This document shows, one piece after another, positions 1-8,268 of a stretch of 64,000 nucleotides of DNA. The translations under genes and the position numbers were made by a program. The stretch lies in the NCBI GenBank assembly GCA_945935525.1, contig CAMERI010000005.1:33649-97648 (forward strand), read 5' to 3'. The notes under the pieces were generated by a model. It did no database searches, was not told the DNA's origin, and worked only from the letters and a program-made list of their open reading frames with translations. The DNA comes from an uncultured bacterium (GTDB lineage: Bacteria; Bacillota_I; Bacilli_A; RF39; UBA660). Position 1 is the stretch's first letter; the number at the start of each line of letters is the position of its first letter.

Positions 1-302
1 TAGAACAAGTTAAAAAAGAATTATTTAGTGGTAATGTGTATGTGTATACTACTGAAGGAAAAGTATTACAGTTACCAGTAGGATCTACTCCAGTAGACTT
101 TGCATATAGACTTGATCCTATGAATGCTAGTCGTATGGCACAAGCAATTGTTAATGATAGACAAGTAGCAGATGACTATATACTACAAAATAAAGATAGA
201 GTAAGAATATTAACTACTAGAACAGGTTTTCCTAAAAAAGAATGGGAAGATAAAGTTAAAACTACTAGAGCACTAGCACTTATTAAGAAAGATTTATCAT
301 AA
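1..302 (+). CDS. RelA/SpoT-homologue (RSH) protein, 3' end only; ends just after the TGS domain
   Basis: The frame is open from base 3. VYVYTTEGKVLQLPVGSTPVDFAYRL...DRVRILT parallels the TGS segment of the full-length RSH at 31782 ([26 protein letters not shown]...DMVELIT). The stop comes about 30 aa after the TGS domain, with no ACT/RRM tail. Confidence 0.7.
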   Translation, partial: EQVKKELFSGNVYVYTTEGKVLQLPVGSTPVDFAYRLDPMNASRMAQAIVNDRQVADDYILQNKDRVRILTTRTGFPKKEWEDKVKTTRALALIKKDLS

Positions 303-330
303 ATCTTTCTTTTTATATATATAATTTAGT

Positions 331-1125
331 ATGAAAAAGTATTATAAATATATATTAATTTCTATGTTTGTTTTATTTAGTTTTTATTATACTGATAAGA
401 TTATTACTATGAGTGAACATAATAATGTGATTATGAATAGTATAGTAGAATATGCATCTATTAATGATTATAAATGTAGAGAAGGAGAAATTACTCCTGA
501 TGGGATAGTCTTAGGACTTAGTGGTCTTAGTGTTAATAAGAATAAGAGTTATTCTAATATGAAAGGTATTGGATTTAAAAAAGAATTAATTGAATATAAA
601 GATGAAGAATGTATACTATCTAAAAAGAACAACTTAGATAAGTATATTATTAGAGGCAATAATTATTTAAATAATGTTAGTATTGTAATAGATGTTAATG
701 ATGGTAAAAGTTTTTTAAAGATGATGAAAATAGCTGATAATAAAGGATATACTTTGAATCTTTTATTTAATTATGAGATGTTAAGTTCTAATATAGATAA
801 TATAAGTAATTATAGTAATGTTTTATTTAAAGGAAAAAGTAGGGAAGAAGTAAATAATTTTATGAAGATACTTCATAATGAATTTTATTGTACTAATAAG
901 GATGGAGATATTATAGAAGAGTGTAAAAGTAAGAAACTTAATAGTATAAATGTTATTAATTATATAAGTAAGGATCTATTAATTAATACAAAAAAAATCC
1001 TTGATAAAGGTGTTATTATATTTATCAAGGAAAATGAATTTAATTTAAGTGAATTATCTGCGACTTTAAATTATATAAAGAGTAGAGGATATAATATTGT
1101 TAGTATTAATGATTTATTACTTTAA
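331..1125 (+). CDS. membrane-anchored protein, possibly a degenerate polysaccharide deacetylase (NodB)-like fold
   Basis: N-terminal hydrophobic anchor (YILISMFVLFSFYY). VSIVIDVNDG resembles the TFDDG motif, and the C-terminus GVIIFIKENEFNLSELSATLNYIKSRGYNIVSINDLL resembles NodB-family ends. No catalytic His motifs are visible. Confidence 0.4.
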   Translation: MKKYYKYILISMFVLFSFYYTDKIITMSEHNNVIMNSIVEYASINDYKCREGEITPDGIVLGLSGLSVNKNKSYSNMKGIGFKKELIEYKDEECILSKKNNLDKYIIRGNNYLNNVSIVIDVNDGKSFLKMMKIADNKGYTLNLLFNYEMLSSNIDNISNYSNVLFKGKSREEVNNFMKILHNEFYCTNKDGDIIEECKSKKLNSINVINYISKDLLINTKKILDKGVIIFIKENEFNLSELSATLNYIKSRGYNIVSINDLLL

Positions 1126-2607
1126 GATATATTGTTTACTATCATGTATTGTTTCTGGACTTATGATTAGTTCTCTATGTTGACCTTCTGATAAGGCATA
1201 GTAGTTAGCTACTTCTAGAGCATTTTCTACTATTCTTTTTATACCTCTTGCTCCTATGCCTAGTTTTTTAGCTTCTATAGCTATTTCTTCTATAGTTTTA
1301 TCATCGTATTTAAAGTTTATACCAATTGATTCAAAGAATTTTTTATATAGAAGTAATTGACTTTTATCTGATTCTTTTATAATTCTCATATATTCTTCAG
1401 TATCTAGACTATTCATAACTACTATGTTATCATTTCTACCAACGAATTCTGGAAGTAATCCAAATTTTTTAAGTGTTTCGTTATTGAATATTTCTTTATT
1501 ATCTTGTGCTTCTTCTTTTGATGTATTAAATCCTATACCTCTTTTAGTTCTTGAGAATTCTTCTATACCTGAGAATGCTCCTAGGAATGCAAATGTTAGT
1601 TTTGATGTATCAAATGTTATTATTCCTTTATCATCAGGTGATATTAATTGATATTTGTGTCCTTCCATCATTTTAAGTAATGATTGAATTACGGCTGATG
1701 TGAATGTAGCATGGTCTCCTTTAGATACTTTTTTATCTATTTCATCGACTACTACAATTCCTCTTTGGGCTCTTTCTATATCTTTATCTGAGTTTTCATA
1801 TAGATGAAGTAACATTTCAGTTACATCTTTTCCTTTGTAGCTTGCTGCTGTATATTCAGTTGAATCTTCTATAGTTATAGGTAAGTCTGTCTTTTTACTT
1901 ATTGTTCTAAATATTTCTGTTTTACCAACACCAGTAGGTCCACATATTAACATATTTGATTTTAAACTAGTATCTTGTAATCTTTGATTTTTTGCTATTG
2001 AAGTAGCTATCTTTTTGATTTGTTCATCTTGACAAATGACTGTTCTACTAACTGATTTATATAATTCATCAGCATATATTATTTTAGGTACTATTATAGT
2101 AGGTGGTTCTTTTCTTCTTTTTATTTCTTCTTCAGTGACGGTTATTTCTTGTTTAAGTCTTTTAACTTCTTTAGTGTATTCACTATTAATCATTTCTTCA
2201 AATCCTTCATAATTTTCAGGATTAATACTTATTTGGGTTTCTAAGCCATCACTTGATGCAAATGTTTCAACTGCTGCTTCACCTGGAGTATATAGTTGGA
2301 ATAATAAATGTTTATCAAAGTCTTCTGCTTCACGTTTTAAAGTCTTAGCAAGTTTGTCTTTTTGTCCTTCAGATAGATTATCTAAGTATGCTGGAAATGC
2401 ATAAACATATTCATCGTCAAAATTATATATATCATCTATGAATGGATAATTAAATTTACCTGAATCATCCATGAATATTTTATTTCCATTGTAATCTATT
2501 TCTTTGCCATGAAGTATTTCAGATGGTTCATAAGTATAACTTTCTACTTCATCATTTGCTTTAATTTTTTTTCTTTTGTATATGAATACTAAAACTTCTT
2601 TTTCCAT
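1117..2607 (-). CDS. ClpX-family AAA+ ATPase paralogue with a non-canonical N-terminal domain
   Basis: Walker A LICGPTGVGKTE, Walker B GIVVVDEIDKK, ClpX-like C-terminal block LLPEFVGRNDNIVVMNSL...GARGIKRIVE, and a GIGF tripeptide. The N-terminal 175 aa contain no Cys, so there is no zinc ribbon. Confidence 0.8.
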   Translation of the reverse strand: MEKEVLVFIYKRKKIKANDEVESYTYEPSEILHGKEIDYNGNKIFMDDSGKFNYPFIDDIYNFDDEYVYAFPAYLDNLSEGQKDKLAKTLKREAEDFDKHLLFQLYTPGEAAVETFASSDGLETQISINPENYEGFEEMINSEYTKEVKRLKQEITVTEEEIKRRKEPPTIIVPKIIYADELYKSVSRTVICQDEQIKKIATSIAKNQRLQDTSLKSNMLICGPTGVGKTEIFRTISKKTDLPITIEDSTEYTAASYKGKDVTEMLLHLYENSDKDIERAQRGIVVVDEIDKKVSKGDHATFTSAVIQSLLKMMEGHKYQLISPDDKGIITFDTSKLTFAFLGAFSGIEEFSRTKRGIGFNTSKEEAQDNKEIFNNETLKKFGLLPEFVGRNDNIVVMNSLDTEEYMRIIKESDKSQLLLYKKFFESIGINFKYDDKTIEEIAIEAKKLGIGARGIKRIVENALEVANYYALSEGQHRELIISPETIHDSKQYILK

Positions 2608-2678
2608 TTTATATTCCCCCTAAAATGTAATTTAAATATTATTATAAAGTAGAAAACATGCCTAGTCAAGCAAGTAAC

Positions 2679-2707
2679 TTGCCATTTTAATAAAAACAAT
2701 ATATAAT
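2679..2707 (+). promoter_or_regulatory. sigma-A-type promoter for the 2734 gene
   Basis: TTGCCA (2679-2684), 17 nt spacer, TATAAT (2702-2707). Confidence 0.5.
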
Positions 2708-2733
2708 TAGGGTATAAAAACGGGTGGTATATT

Positions 2734-3753
2734 ATGAAGAAGGAGTTAAAGAAATTTTTAAATTACCTAAAAAAGAATATTAAGGGTATTAATCGTAGTA
2801 TTAAACTTATTAAAAAGAAATGTGATAAAAGTAGTGTAACTTTATTTTTTGATATGTGGTGGAGTTATATTAGATATGGTGTTGACTATGATGAATATAG
2901 AATATTTGAGTTTTATTCATTACCTGGTTTTAAAAGAGATACTTATATGAGTAAATGTAGACATCAAAACTTAGAGAATTATTTATGTGATGTTAAGCAT
3001 TTAGTAATTCTAAATAATAGAACAAAGTTTTATATTAAGTTTAAAGATGTATTAAATAGAGAGTATTATAATGTTAAAGAACTTAGTTTTAAAGAGTTTG
3101 AAGAACTTACTTTAAAGAAAAAAGAATTAGTATGTAGAAGTAATAATCTTAAAGGAGAAAGTAATACTTTAGTATTAAATGTTAAGAATTTTAGAAGTCC
3201 TGCTTTCTTACTTGATAATGCTAAAAAGAATAATTTAGTTATTGCTGAAGCAAGTATAAAACAAAATAAATTATTTGATAGTATTAATCCATATAATATG
3301 AATACTGTTAGTGTTGTTACACTTCTTAGTGGTAATAAAGTAGATATAGTTTCTTCTTATGTGAAATTTGGTATTGAAGAAGAGTATAAGTATGATGTTA
3401 ATTCTGTTAAACATTTAACTGGTTTAGTAGATGTAAAGAGTGGTATTATCAAACATAAACTTGTGTGTGGAGAAGATGAGTTATATAGTGAACATCCAAT
3501 TAGTAAAGTTAAACTTGTTAATTTAGAAATACCTCTTTATGAAGAAATAAAGAGTATTGCTAAAGAATGCGCTAAAGATTTTGATGAAGCTTTAGAAATA
3601 GAATGGAACTTCGTAATATCAGATAAAAAAGTATATTTAATAAATGCTAATTTATGGGATGACTATATATTTGCTCAATTACCAATGTTTTCTAAGAATA
3701 AAGTGGGTTTAATGCCATATTATAGAGATAATGTTAAAAAGAGAAGAATTTAA
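2734..3753 (+). CDS. ATP-grasp family protein (sugar-transfer-associated ATP-grasp-like)
   Basis: The pattern IAEASIKQNKLFDSINPYNMNTVSVVT ... SEHPISKVKLVNLEIPLYEEI ... EIEWNFVISDKKVYLINAN matches my recollection of the ATPgrasp_ST family (iiEe.i.Qh..l..l.p.svNTiR; HP.tg; iGWDvai...liEgN). Confidence 0.5.
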   Translation: MKKELKKFLNYLKKNIKGINRSIKLIKKKCDKSSVTLFFDMWWSYIRYGVDYDEYRIFEFYSLPGFKRDTYMSKCRHQNLENYLCDVKHLVILNNRTKFYIKFKDVLNREYYNVKELSFKEFEELTLKKKELVCRSNNLKGESNTLVLNVKNFRSPAFLLDNAKKNNLVIAEASIKQNKLFDSINPYNMNTVSVVTLLSGNKVDIVSSYVKFGIEEEYKYDVNSVKHLTGLVDVKSGIIKHKLVCGEDELYSEHPISKVKLVNLEIPLYEEIKSIAKECAKDFDEALEIEWNFVISDKKVYLINANLWDDYIFAQLPMFSKNKVGLMPYYRDNVKKRRI

Positions 3754-4991
3754 ATTATATTTTTAAATTTTTCTCTATTTTTTATTGTTGAATTTTTAAG
3801 TAGAGAAGATGCCCTTAATATAGAAGTACTACCAAATCTTTCATTTATTTTATCTATTACTTTATGATATTCATCTCTTTCAATTATATTATTTTCAAAT
3901 AGACTTAGTTGTGTACATCTTTTATCGGATAATCTTGAATATGCTATTGTTACTTTTCTAATAGGGAGATTCTCTATATTTTTGTAATAGATGTATTCTA
4001 GCACTTCATATATTCTTTCTGGAATGTCTTCACTTTCATTTAAAGGAATTGTTTCACCAAAACGTTTACATAAGTCTCTTGAATAGTTTATACCTAAATA
4101 TACTAGTTTAGTAGTTTTATTCATTCTTCTAAGTTTATTACTAAGCATATCATTCATTTCTTTTACGATTAGTATTGCTTCATCTATTGTGTAGTCTCTA
4201 TATAGTATTTGACTCATACTTATAGATTTATCTCTAGCTCTTTCATTTAAATCTTTTATAGTAGTAAAATCTATTCCATTAGCTTTACACCATATATCAT
4301 TACCAGCAACATTACCGAATCTTTTTATATAGAAATCTCTTGTATAGTTATTTATATCTTTTACTTTTTTAATGCCGAGATTATTTAGCTTCTTTTCAGT
4401 TCTTTTACCAATTCCCCAGACAGCACTTAGAGGTTCTAAGTTCCATAGTTTTGTTTCTATATCATTATATGTCCATTTAGCAATAAATTCTTTATTATGT
4501 TTTGCTTCCGTGTCCATAGCTACTTTAGATAAAAATATATTTGGTCCGATACCACAAGTAGATGTAAGACCAGTTTTATCTTTAATAGTTTTCATTATTG
4601 TTTTAGCTAGTTCTATGTCAGTCATTTTATAATAATTTAGATAGTCTGTTACATCCATAAATACTTCATCGATAGAGTAGATGTGAATATCTTCTTCACT
4701 AATAAAACTCTTAAATATTTCTCTTACTTTATTACTATAAGTTTCATATAATTTCATTCTAGGTTTAGCAAATATAATTTTAATATTCTTAGGTAATTCA
4801 AAAACTCTACTTCTAGAATTGACTCCTTTACTTCTTAAATATGGAGTGACCGCTAAAGTCATAGCGCCATTTCCACGTGATGTGTCTGCAACTACTAAGG
4901 GAGTAGTAAAAGGATCAAGACCACGATTAACGCACTCACAAGAAGCAAAGAAACTTTTTAAATCTATACTCATTATAACTCTTTCTTTCAT
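3750..4991 (-). CDS. Y-family translesion DNA polymerase (DinB/UmuC-like)
   Basis: MSIDLKSFFASCECVNRGLDPFTTPLVVAD, SIDEVFMDVT, GIGPNIFLSKVAMD and VWGIGKRTEKKL are Y-family motifs. I chose the start at 4991 (AAAGGTG RBS) over the longer ORF start at 5021. Confidence 0.85.
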   Translation of the reverse strand: MKERVIMSIDLKSFFASCECVNRGLDPFTTPLVVADTSRGNGAMTLAVTPYLRSKGVNSRSRVFELPKNIKIIFAKPRMKLYETYSNKVREIFKSFISEEDIHIYSIDEVFMDVTDYLNYYKMTDIELAKTIMKTIKDKTGLTSTCGIGPNIFLSKVAMDTEAKHNKEFIAKWTYNDIETKLWNLEPLSAVWGIGKRTEKKLNNLGIKKVKDINNYTRDFYIKRFGNVAGNDIWCKANGIDFTTIKDLNERARDKSISMSQILYRDYTIDEAILIVKEMNDMLSNKLRRMNKTTKLVYLGINYSRDLCKRFGETIPLNESEDIPERIYEVLEYIYYKNIENLPIRKVTIAYSRLSDKRCTQLSLFENNIIERDEYHKVIDKINERFGSTSILRASSLLKNSTIKNREKFKNII

Positions 4992-5052
4992 ACAAACACC
5001 TTTTCGTAATAATTGTATCATATATATGTTTTATGTCAATATAAAAGAGCTA

Positions 5053-6918
5053 TTATTTAGCTCTAGGTTTGAATTCTAATATTTTACATTCGCTTCTTGG
5101 TTTTGGTTTCATATTTTTTAAGATTTGTATTTGTCTTTCTCTTGAGCTTTCATAAAGTCTGTCTTCATTTTGTAGGGCTTCAATTATATGTTCAGTTGTT
5201 ACATCTTCACTTTCATTGAATGCTGCAATAGCATATGCTTCTTTTAATATATCTAATACTAATCTTGGATTACTTGATCTATCTTTGTAATCTCTAAAGT
5301 TTGTCTTAGTTGAGTTAATTAACCAATCTATAATCATATGTCTTTCAGTATCACTTACATTAAGTTTAGAATAACTTATTTTGTTATATGCAGTTATTAA
5401 ATCATCTAATACTTGGTATGTAGTGTTATAATTAGGTTCTTTAATTGCTACTTTTTTAAATCTTGTTTTAAATGCAGTATTACTTTCTATATGTTCAGCA
5501 TATTCTTCTTCAGTAGTTGCACCTATAACTCTTACGCTTCCATAATCTAAGTATGGTTTTAATATTTCAGCTACTGTATTATCATTTCCTTCACTTTTAC
5601 CACCTGATATTGCCTGATGTATTTCATCTATAAATAAAATTATATTTTTGTCTTCACTTGCTTCATCTAGAATCTTTTTCATTTTTTCTTCTAGAGTTCC
5701 TACATATTTAGTACCAGCTACCATAGTAGCAGTATCTATACTTATTATTCTTAGATTCTTTAAAGGAGTAGGTACATCACCATTTTTAATTCTATAAGCA
5801 AGACCTCTTACTAAAGCAGTTTTACCACAACCAGCTACACCAGTTATAATAATAGATTTATCTCTTTCAGGATATAAAAGTATTTTCATAATTCTATCTA
5901 ATTCATCTTTTCTTCCAATAGCTGGGTCTTTTATATATGACATACTTGTTAAATCTTTACCATACTTATCAAGAGTAGGTGTACTTAATACTTTAGTAAA
6001 ATCTTTATCTTTATTAGTATATTTTTCTGATACATCTTCCATTTCATCACTTCCAAATAATTCTTCTCTTAGAACTTTAAATGATTTTTCACATTGTCTT
6101 TCAACGTCGTAAGTAGTTAATTTAATAACTTTACCACTTTCTTGTAACATACTTAACAATTCATCAAAATTCCTTTTAGTTATTAATTTATCATTTATTT
6201 TAATTATTTCAGTATTTCTACCTAAAGTAACAATACCATCTTCAAATTGATATGTTGCAATATCTTGTTTCTTACCAGTATTTGAGAATAAATATATTCT
6301 TCCATCATCATATATAACATTAAATCTATCACTCTGATATTCTCTAATACTTTCTGAGTGAGCTAGTTCATTAATGTCTACACCAAATTTACTTGCAAAT
6401 TCTATAAATTTATCTTCTCTATAAGTAGTATATTTAAAGAAATCACTAGTATCAGTAAAATCATCTATATCATTAGTTTCTCTTAGTAAATTACATATCT
6501 TCTCATTATATATAGTCATCATATAATCAAATATTTGATATGGCTCTAAATCTTTATATTGAACATCTTTATCATCTAAATAATAATCTCTTTTAATTTC
6601 AGGCAAGATAACTTTATAAATATCTTCTAATCTATAAGTAGCAAACTCTGATGTTTCATTAGCTCTTCTAAGTTCAAAAGGAACTTCTACCTCTTCTAAA
6701 AAACTAAAACAATTATCAAAAGTAATTCCAAAACTTTCAAAAGTATCTCTTACAAATTCATCAGTTTTAAGACCAGCTAAGAAGAATGAAAAAGGTAATA
6801 TTTCATCTTCTTTTATATGTCTACCATTTTCATCAAAATATCTTAATAGAGAAAATACCATATCTAGATATCTTTTTGTTTCATCACTAGTGCTTTCATA
6901 TAAGTCATAATTAGTCAT
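5053..6918 (-). CDS. Clp/Hsp100-like AAA+ ATPase with a single D1-type module and a long novel N-terminal region
   Basis: GRKDELDRIMKILLYPERDKSIIITGVAGCGKTALVRGLAYRI (Walker A), ILFIDEIHQAI (Walker B), VRVIGATTEEEY (sensor 1), FKTRFKKVAIKEP (Arg finger region). There is no second AAA module. It lies 31 bp upstream of the Y-family polymerase gene on the same strand. Confidence 0.8.
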   Translation of the reverse strand: MTNYDLYESTSDETKRYLDMVFSLLRYFDENGRHIKEDEILPFSFFLAGLKTDEFVRDTFESFGITFDNCFSFLEEVEVPFELRRANETSEFATYRLEDIYKVILPEIKRDYYLDDKDVQYKDLEPYQIFDYMMTIYNEKICNLLRETNDIDDFTDTSDFFKYTTYREDKFIEFASKFGVDINELAHSESIREYQSDRFNVIYDDGRIYLFSNTGKKQDIATYQFEDGIVTLGRNTEIIKINDKLITKRNFDELLSMLQESGKVIKLTTYDVERQCEKSFKVLREELFGSDEMEDVSEKYTNKDKDFTKVLSTPTLDKYGKDLTSMSYIKDPAIGRKDELDRIMKILLYPERDKSIIITGVAGCGKTALVRGLAYRIKNGDVPTPLKNLRIISIDTATMVAGTKYVGTLEEKMKKILDEASEDKNIILFIDEIHQAISGGKSEGNDNTVAEILKPYLDYGSVRVIGATTEEEYAEHIESNTAFKTRFKKVAIKEPNYNTTYQVLDDLITAYNKISYSKLNVSDTERHMIIDWLINSTKTNFRDYKDRSSNPRLVLDILKEAYAIAAFNESEDVTTEHIIEALQNEDRLYESSRERQIQILKNMKPKPRSECKILEFKPRAK

Positions 6919-7028
6919 TTGCTACCTCTTTGATTATTTATACTAACAAAAAGTATTTATAATTTCAATAATACGTTTTAAATTTTATGATATTTTGTTA
7001 TAATTTAGATAATAATGGTGGTGAAGTT

Positions 7029-8126
7029 ATGTATGTTTTAGGTATTTGTGATGCAGGGGAGATACTAGAGACTTTTAGTATTGTTAATACTATTGTTTTA
7101 ATTATTAAGATAGTTGTACCAATAATTTTATTAGTTTCAGGTATGATTACTCTTATAAAAGCAATTAAGGATAAAGATGAGAATTTACTTTCAACGGCTA
7201 AGAAGTCTTTAATTACTAAGTGTATTGCTGCTATATTTATATTTTTTGTACCTACTTTTGTGAATTTTCTTGTTAAGGCAGGAAGTACAGAAGAAAATAA
7301 TTATATTGATTGTTTAAATAATGCTACTTCAGAAAATATAAGTAAGGCTTATTTAACTGAGGCTGAGACTTTACTTGCTAGGGCAGATGAGAATAAGGAT
7401 TTAGATGATTATTATGCTGCTAGGGTTGCTGCTAGTAAGATTAAAGATAAAGAATTAAGAAAGAAATACATGGAAAAGTTAGATGCTATGTATGAAATTA
7501 TAAAGAAAGAAATGGAAGAAGCTGAGAAGAACACTAATCCTGGTGGTGGAAACAATGGTGGAGGTAATAACACTGGTAGTAGTTTTCCATATTATGCTCA
7601 ATGTGATAGTAAGTGGGGTAATAAAAGTTATAATGGAACTAACTTATGTCATGCAGGATGTGGATATACATCACTTGCTATGGTATTAAGTGGACTTAAA
7701 AATGATAGTAGTATAACACCTTATACAGTTCATGAATATGTTTATGGACAAGGTATTTCAGTAAATCCAGGTGGAGGAGCAATAACAGATGCAGCACTTG
7801 TTAGTCCAAAAGTTGCTTCTAAGTATGGAGTAACTATACAAACTTTGTTTGGTAGAAATTATAATGAAGACTCTGCTACTCATCAAAAAGAGGCATCTCT
7901 TATAACAAATGCACTTGATCAAGGAAAACTAGTTGTGCTTTTAATACCAGGACACTATATAGCACTAGGTGGTAATGGTACTAATGTAGTTGTACATGAC
8001 CCAGCTAACTCAAGTAATAATGGTACTTATACTATAGAACAAGTTTATAATAAGTTTAAAAATTATAGTAATAGATGTAGTAGTGGTGGAACATGTGGAT
8101 TCATTTATGCTGTTGCTTATTCTTAA
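7029..8126 (+). CDS. two-TM N-terminal module fused to a papain-like cysteine peptidase (Peptidase_C39_2/YvpB-like), putative cell-wall hydrolase
   Basis: The N-module ICDAGEILETFSIVNTIVLIIKIVVPIILLVSGMITLIKAIK...CIAAIFIFFVPTFVNFLV is paralogous to the one at 21225. It has a GGGNNGGGNN linker. The C-terminus reads FPYYAQCDSKWGN...CHAGCGYTSLAMVLSGL...GHYIALGG...VVVHDP. Start chosen at 7029 (GGTGGTGAAG RBS). Confidence 0.6.
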   Translation: MYVLGICDAGEILETFSIVNTIVLIIKIVVPIILLVSGMITLIKAIKDKDENLLSTAKKSLITKCIAAIFIFFVPTFVNFLVKAGSTEENNYIDCLNNATSENISKAYLTEAETLLARADENKDLDDYYAARVAASKIKDKELRKKYMEKLDAMYEIIKKEMEEAEKNTNPGGGNNGGGNNTGSSFPYYAQCDSKWGNKSYNGTNLCHAGCGYTSLAMVLSGLKNDSSITPYTVHEYVYGQGISVNPGGGAITDAALVSPKVASKYGVTIQTLFGRNYNEDSATHQKEASLITNALDQGKLVVLLIPGHYIALGGNGTNVVVHDPANSSNNGTYTIEQVYNKFKNYSNRCSSGGTCGFIYAVAYS

Positions 8127-8224
8127 TACATTAAATTGAAGTTACTTAAAAAGTAGCTTCTTTTTTTATATAAAATAAATGCTAAATAAATTTTTGATTG
8201 AGTCACGTACGAATATCTTTTTGC

Positions 8225-8253
8225 TTGACCGGGGAGGGGGTACATATTATAAT
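8225..8253 (+). promoter_or_regulatory. sigma-A-type promoter for the 8269 gene
   Basis: TTGACC (8225-8230), a 17 nt spacer that is unusually G-rich (GGGGAGGGGG), TATAAT (8248-8253). Confidence 0.5.
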
Positions 8254-8268
8254 AAAATAGGTGATAAT

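Noticed and set aside
1424-1651. Antisense and shadow ORFs throughout the supplied track. Examples: 1424-1651, 4372-4632, 4819-5079, 8382-8600, 8754-9038, 9204-9437, 10679-11194, 11445-11723, 12136-12504, 14720-14938, 20747-21100, 24802-25128, 25969-26319, 27763-28038, 28282-28524, 35247-35537, 38014-38352, 38981-39310, 43947-44138, 47880-48200, 48516-48713, 48906-49319, 51859-52209, 52528-52761, 59410-59702, 60480-60683, 61706-61951, 61996-62220, 63158-63394.
   Set aside because: Each lies entirely inside, and opposite to or out of frame with, a long ORF that has clear family motifs. Their translations are low-complexity (Ile/Leu/Ser/Phe-rich), as expected for the complement of AT-rich coding sequence, and none has an RBS.
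6987-7028. Longer upstream starts offered by the ORF track for several genes: 5021, 6987, 9963, 19478, 23458, 24203, 29247, 36430, 46437, 53135, 53256, 57393 and 61968.
   Set aside because: In each case a downstream ATG is preceded by a much better Shine-Dalgarno sequence and matches the N-terminus expected for the family. Several extensions also run through the likely -10 element. Some uncertainty remains, notably for nusA, valS and the 40693/40720 gene.
5022-7028. A LexA (Cheo box, GAAC-N4-GTTC) operator for the Y-family polymerase operon.
   Set aside because: No GAAC...GTTC pair was found by eye in either candidate promoter region. Only a formal matrix scan could exclude a degenerate site.
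7540-7580. Short tandem low-complexity coding repeats, such as GGTGGTGGAAACAATGGTGGAGGTAATAAC (GGGNNGGGNN) and the Ser/Asn run at 21740-21790, considered as possible contingency loci.
   Set aside because: They are in-frame interdomain linkers with imperfect units that are multiples of three, so slippage would not switch expression.
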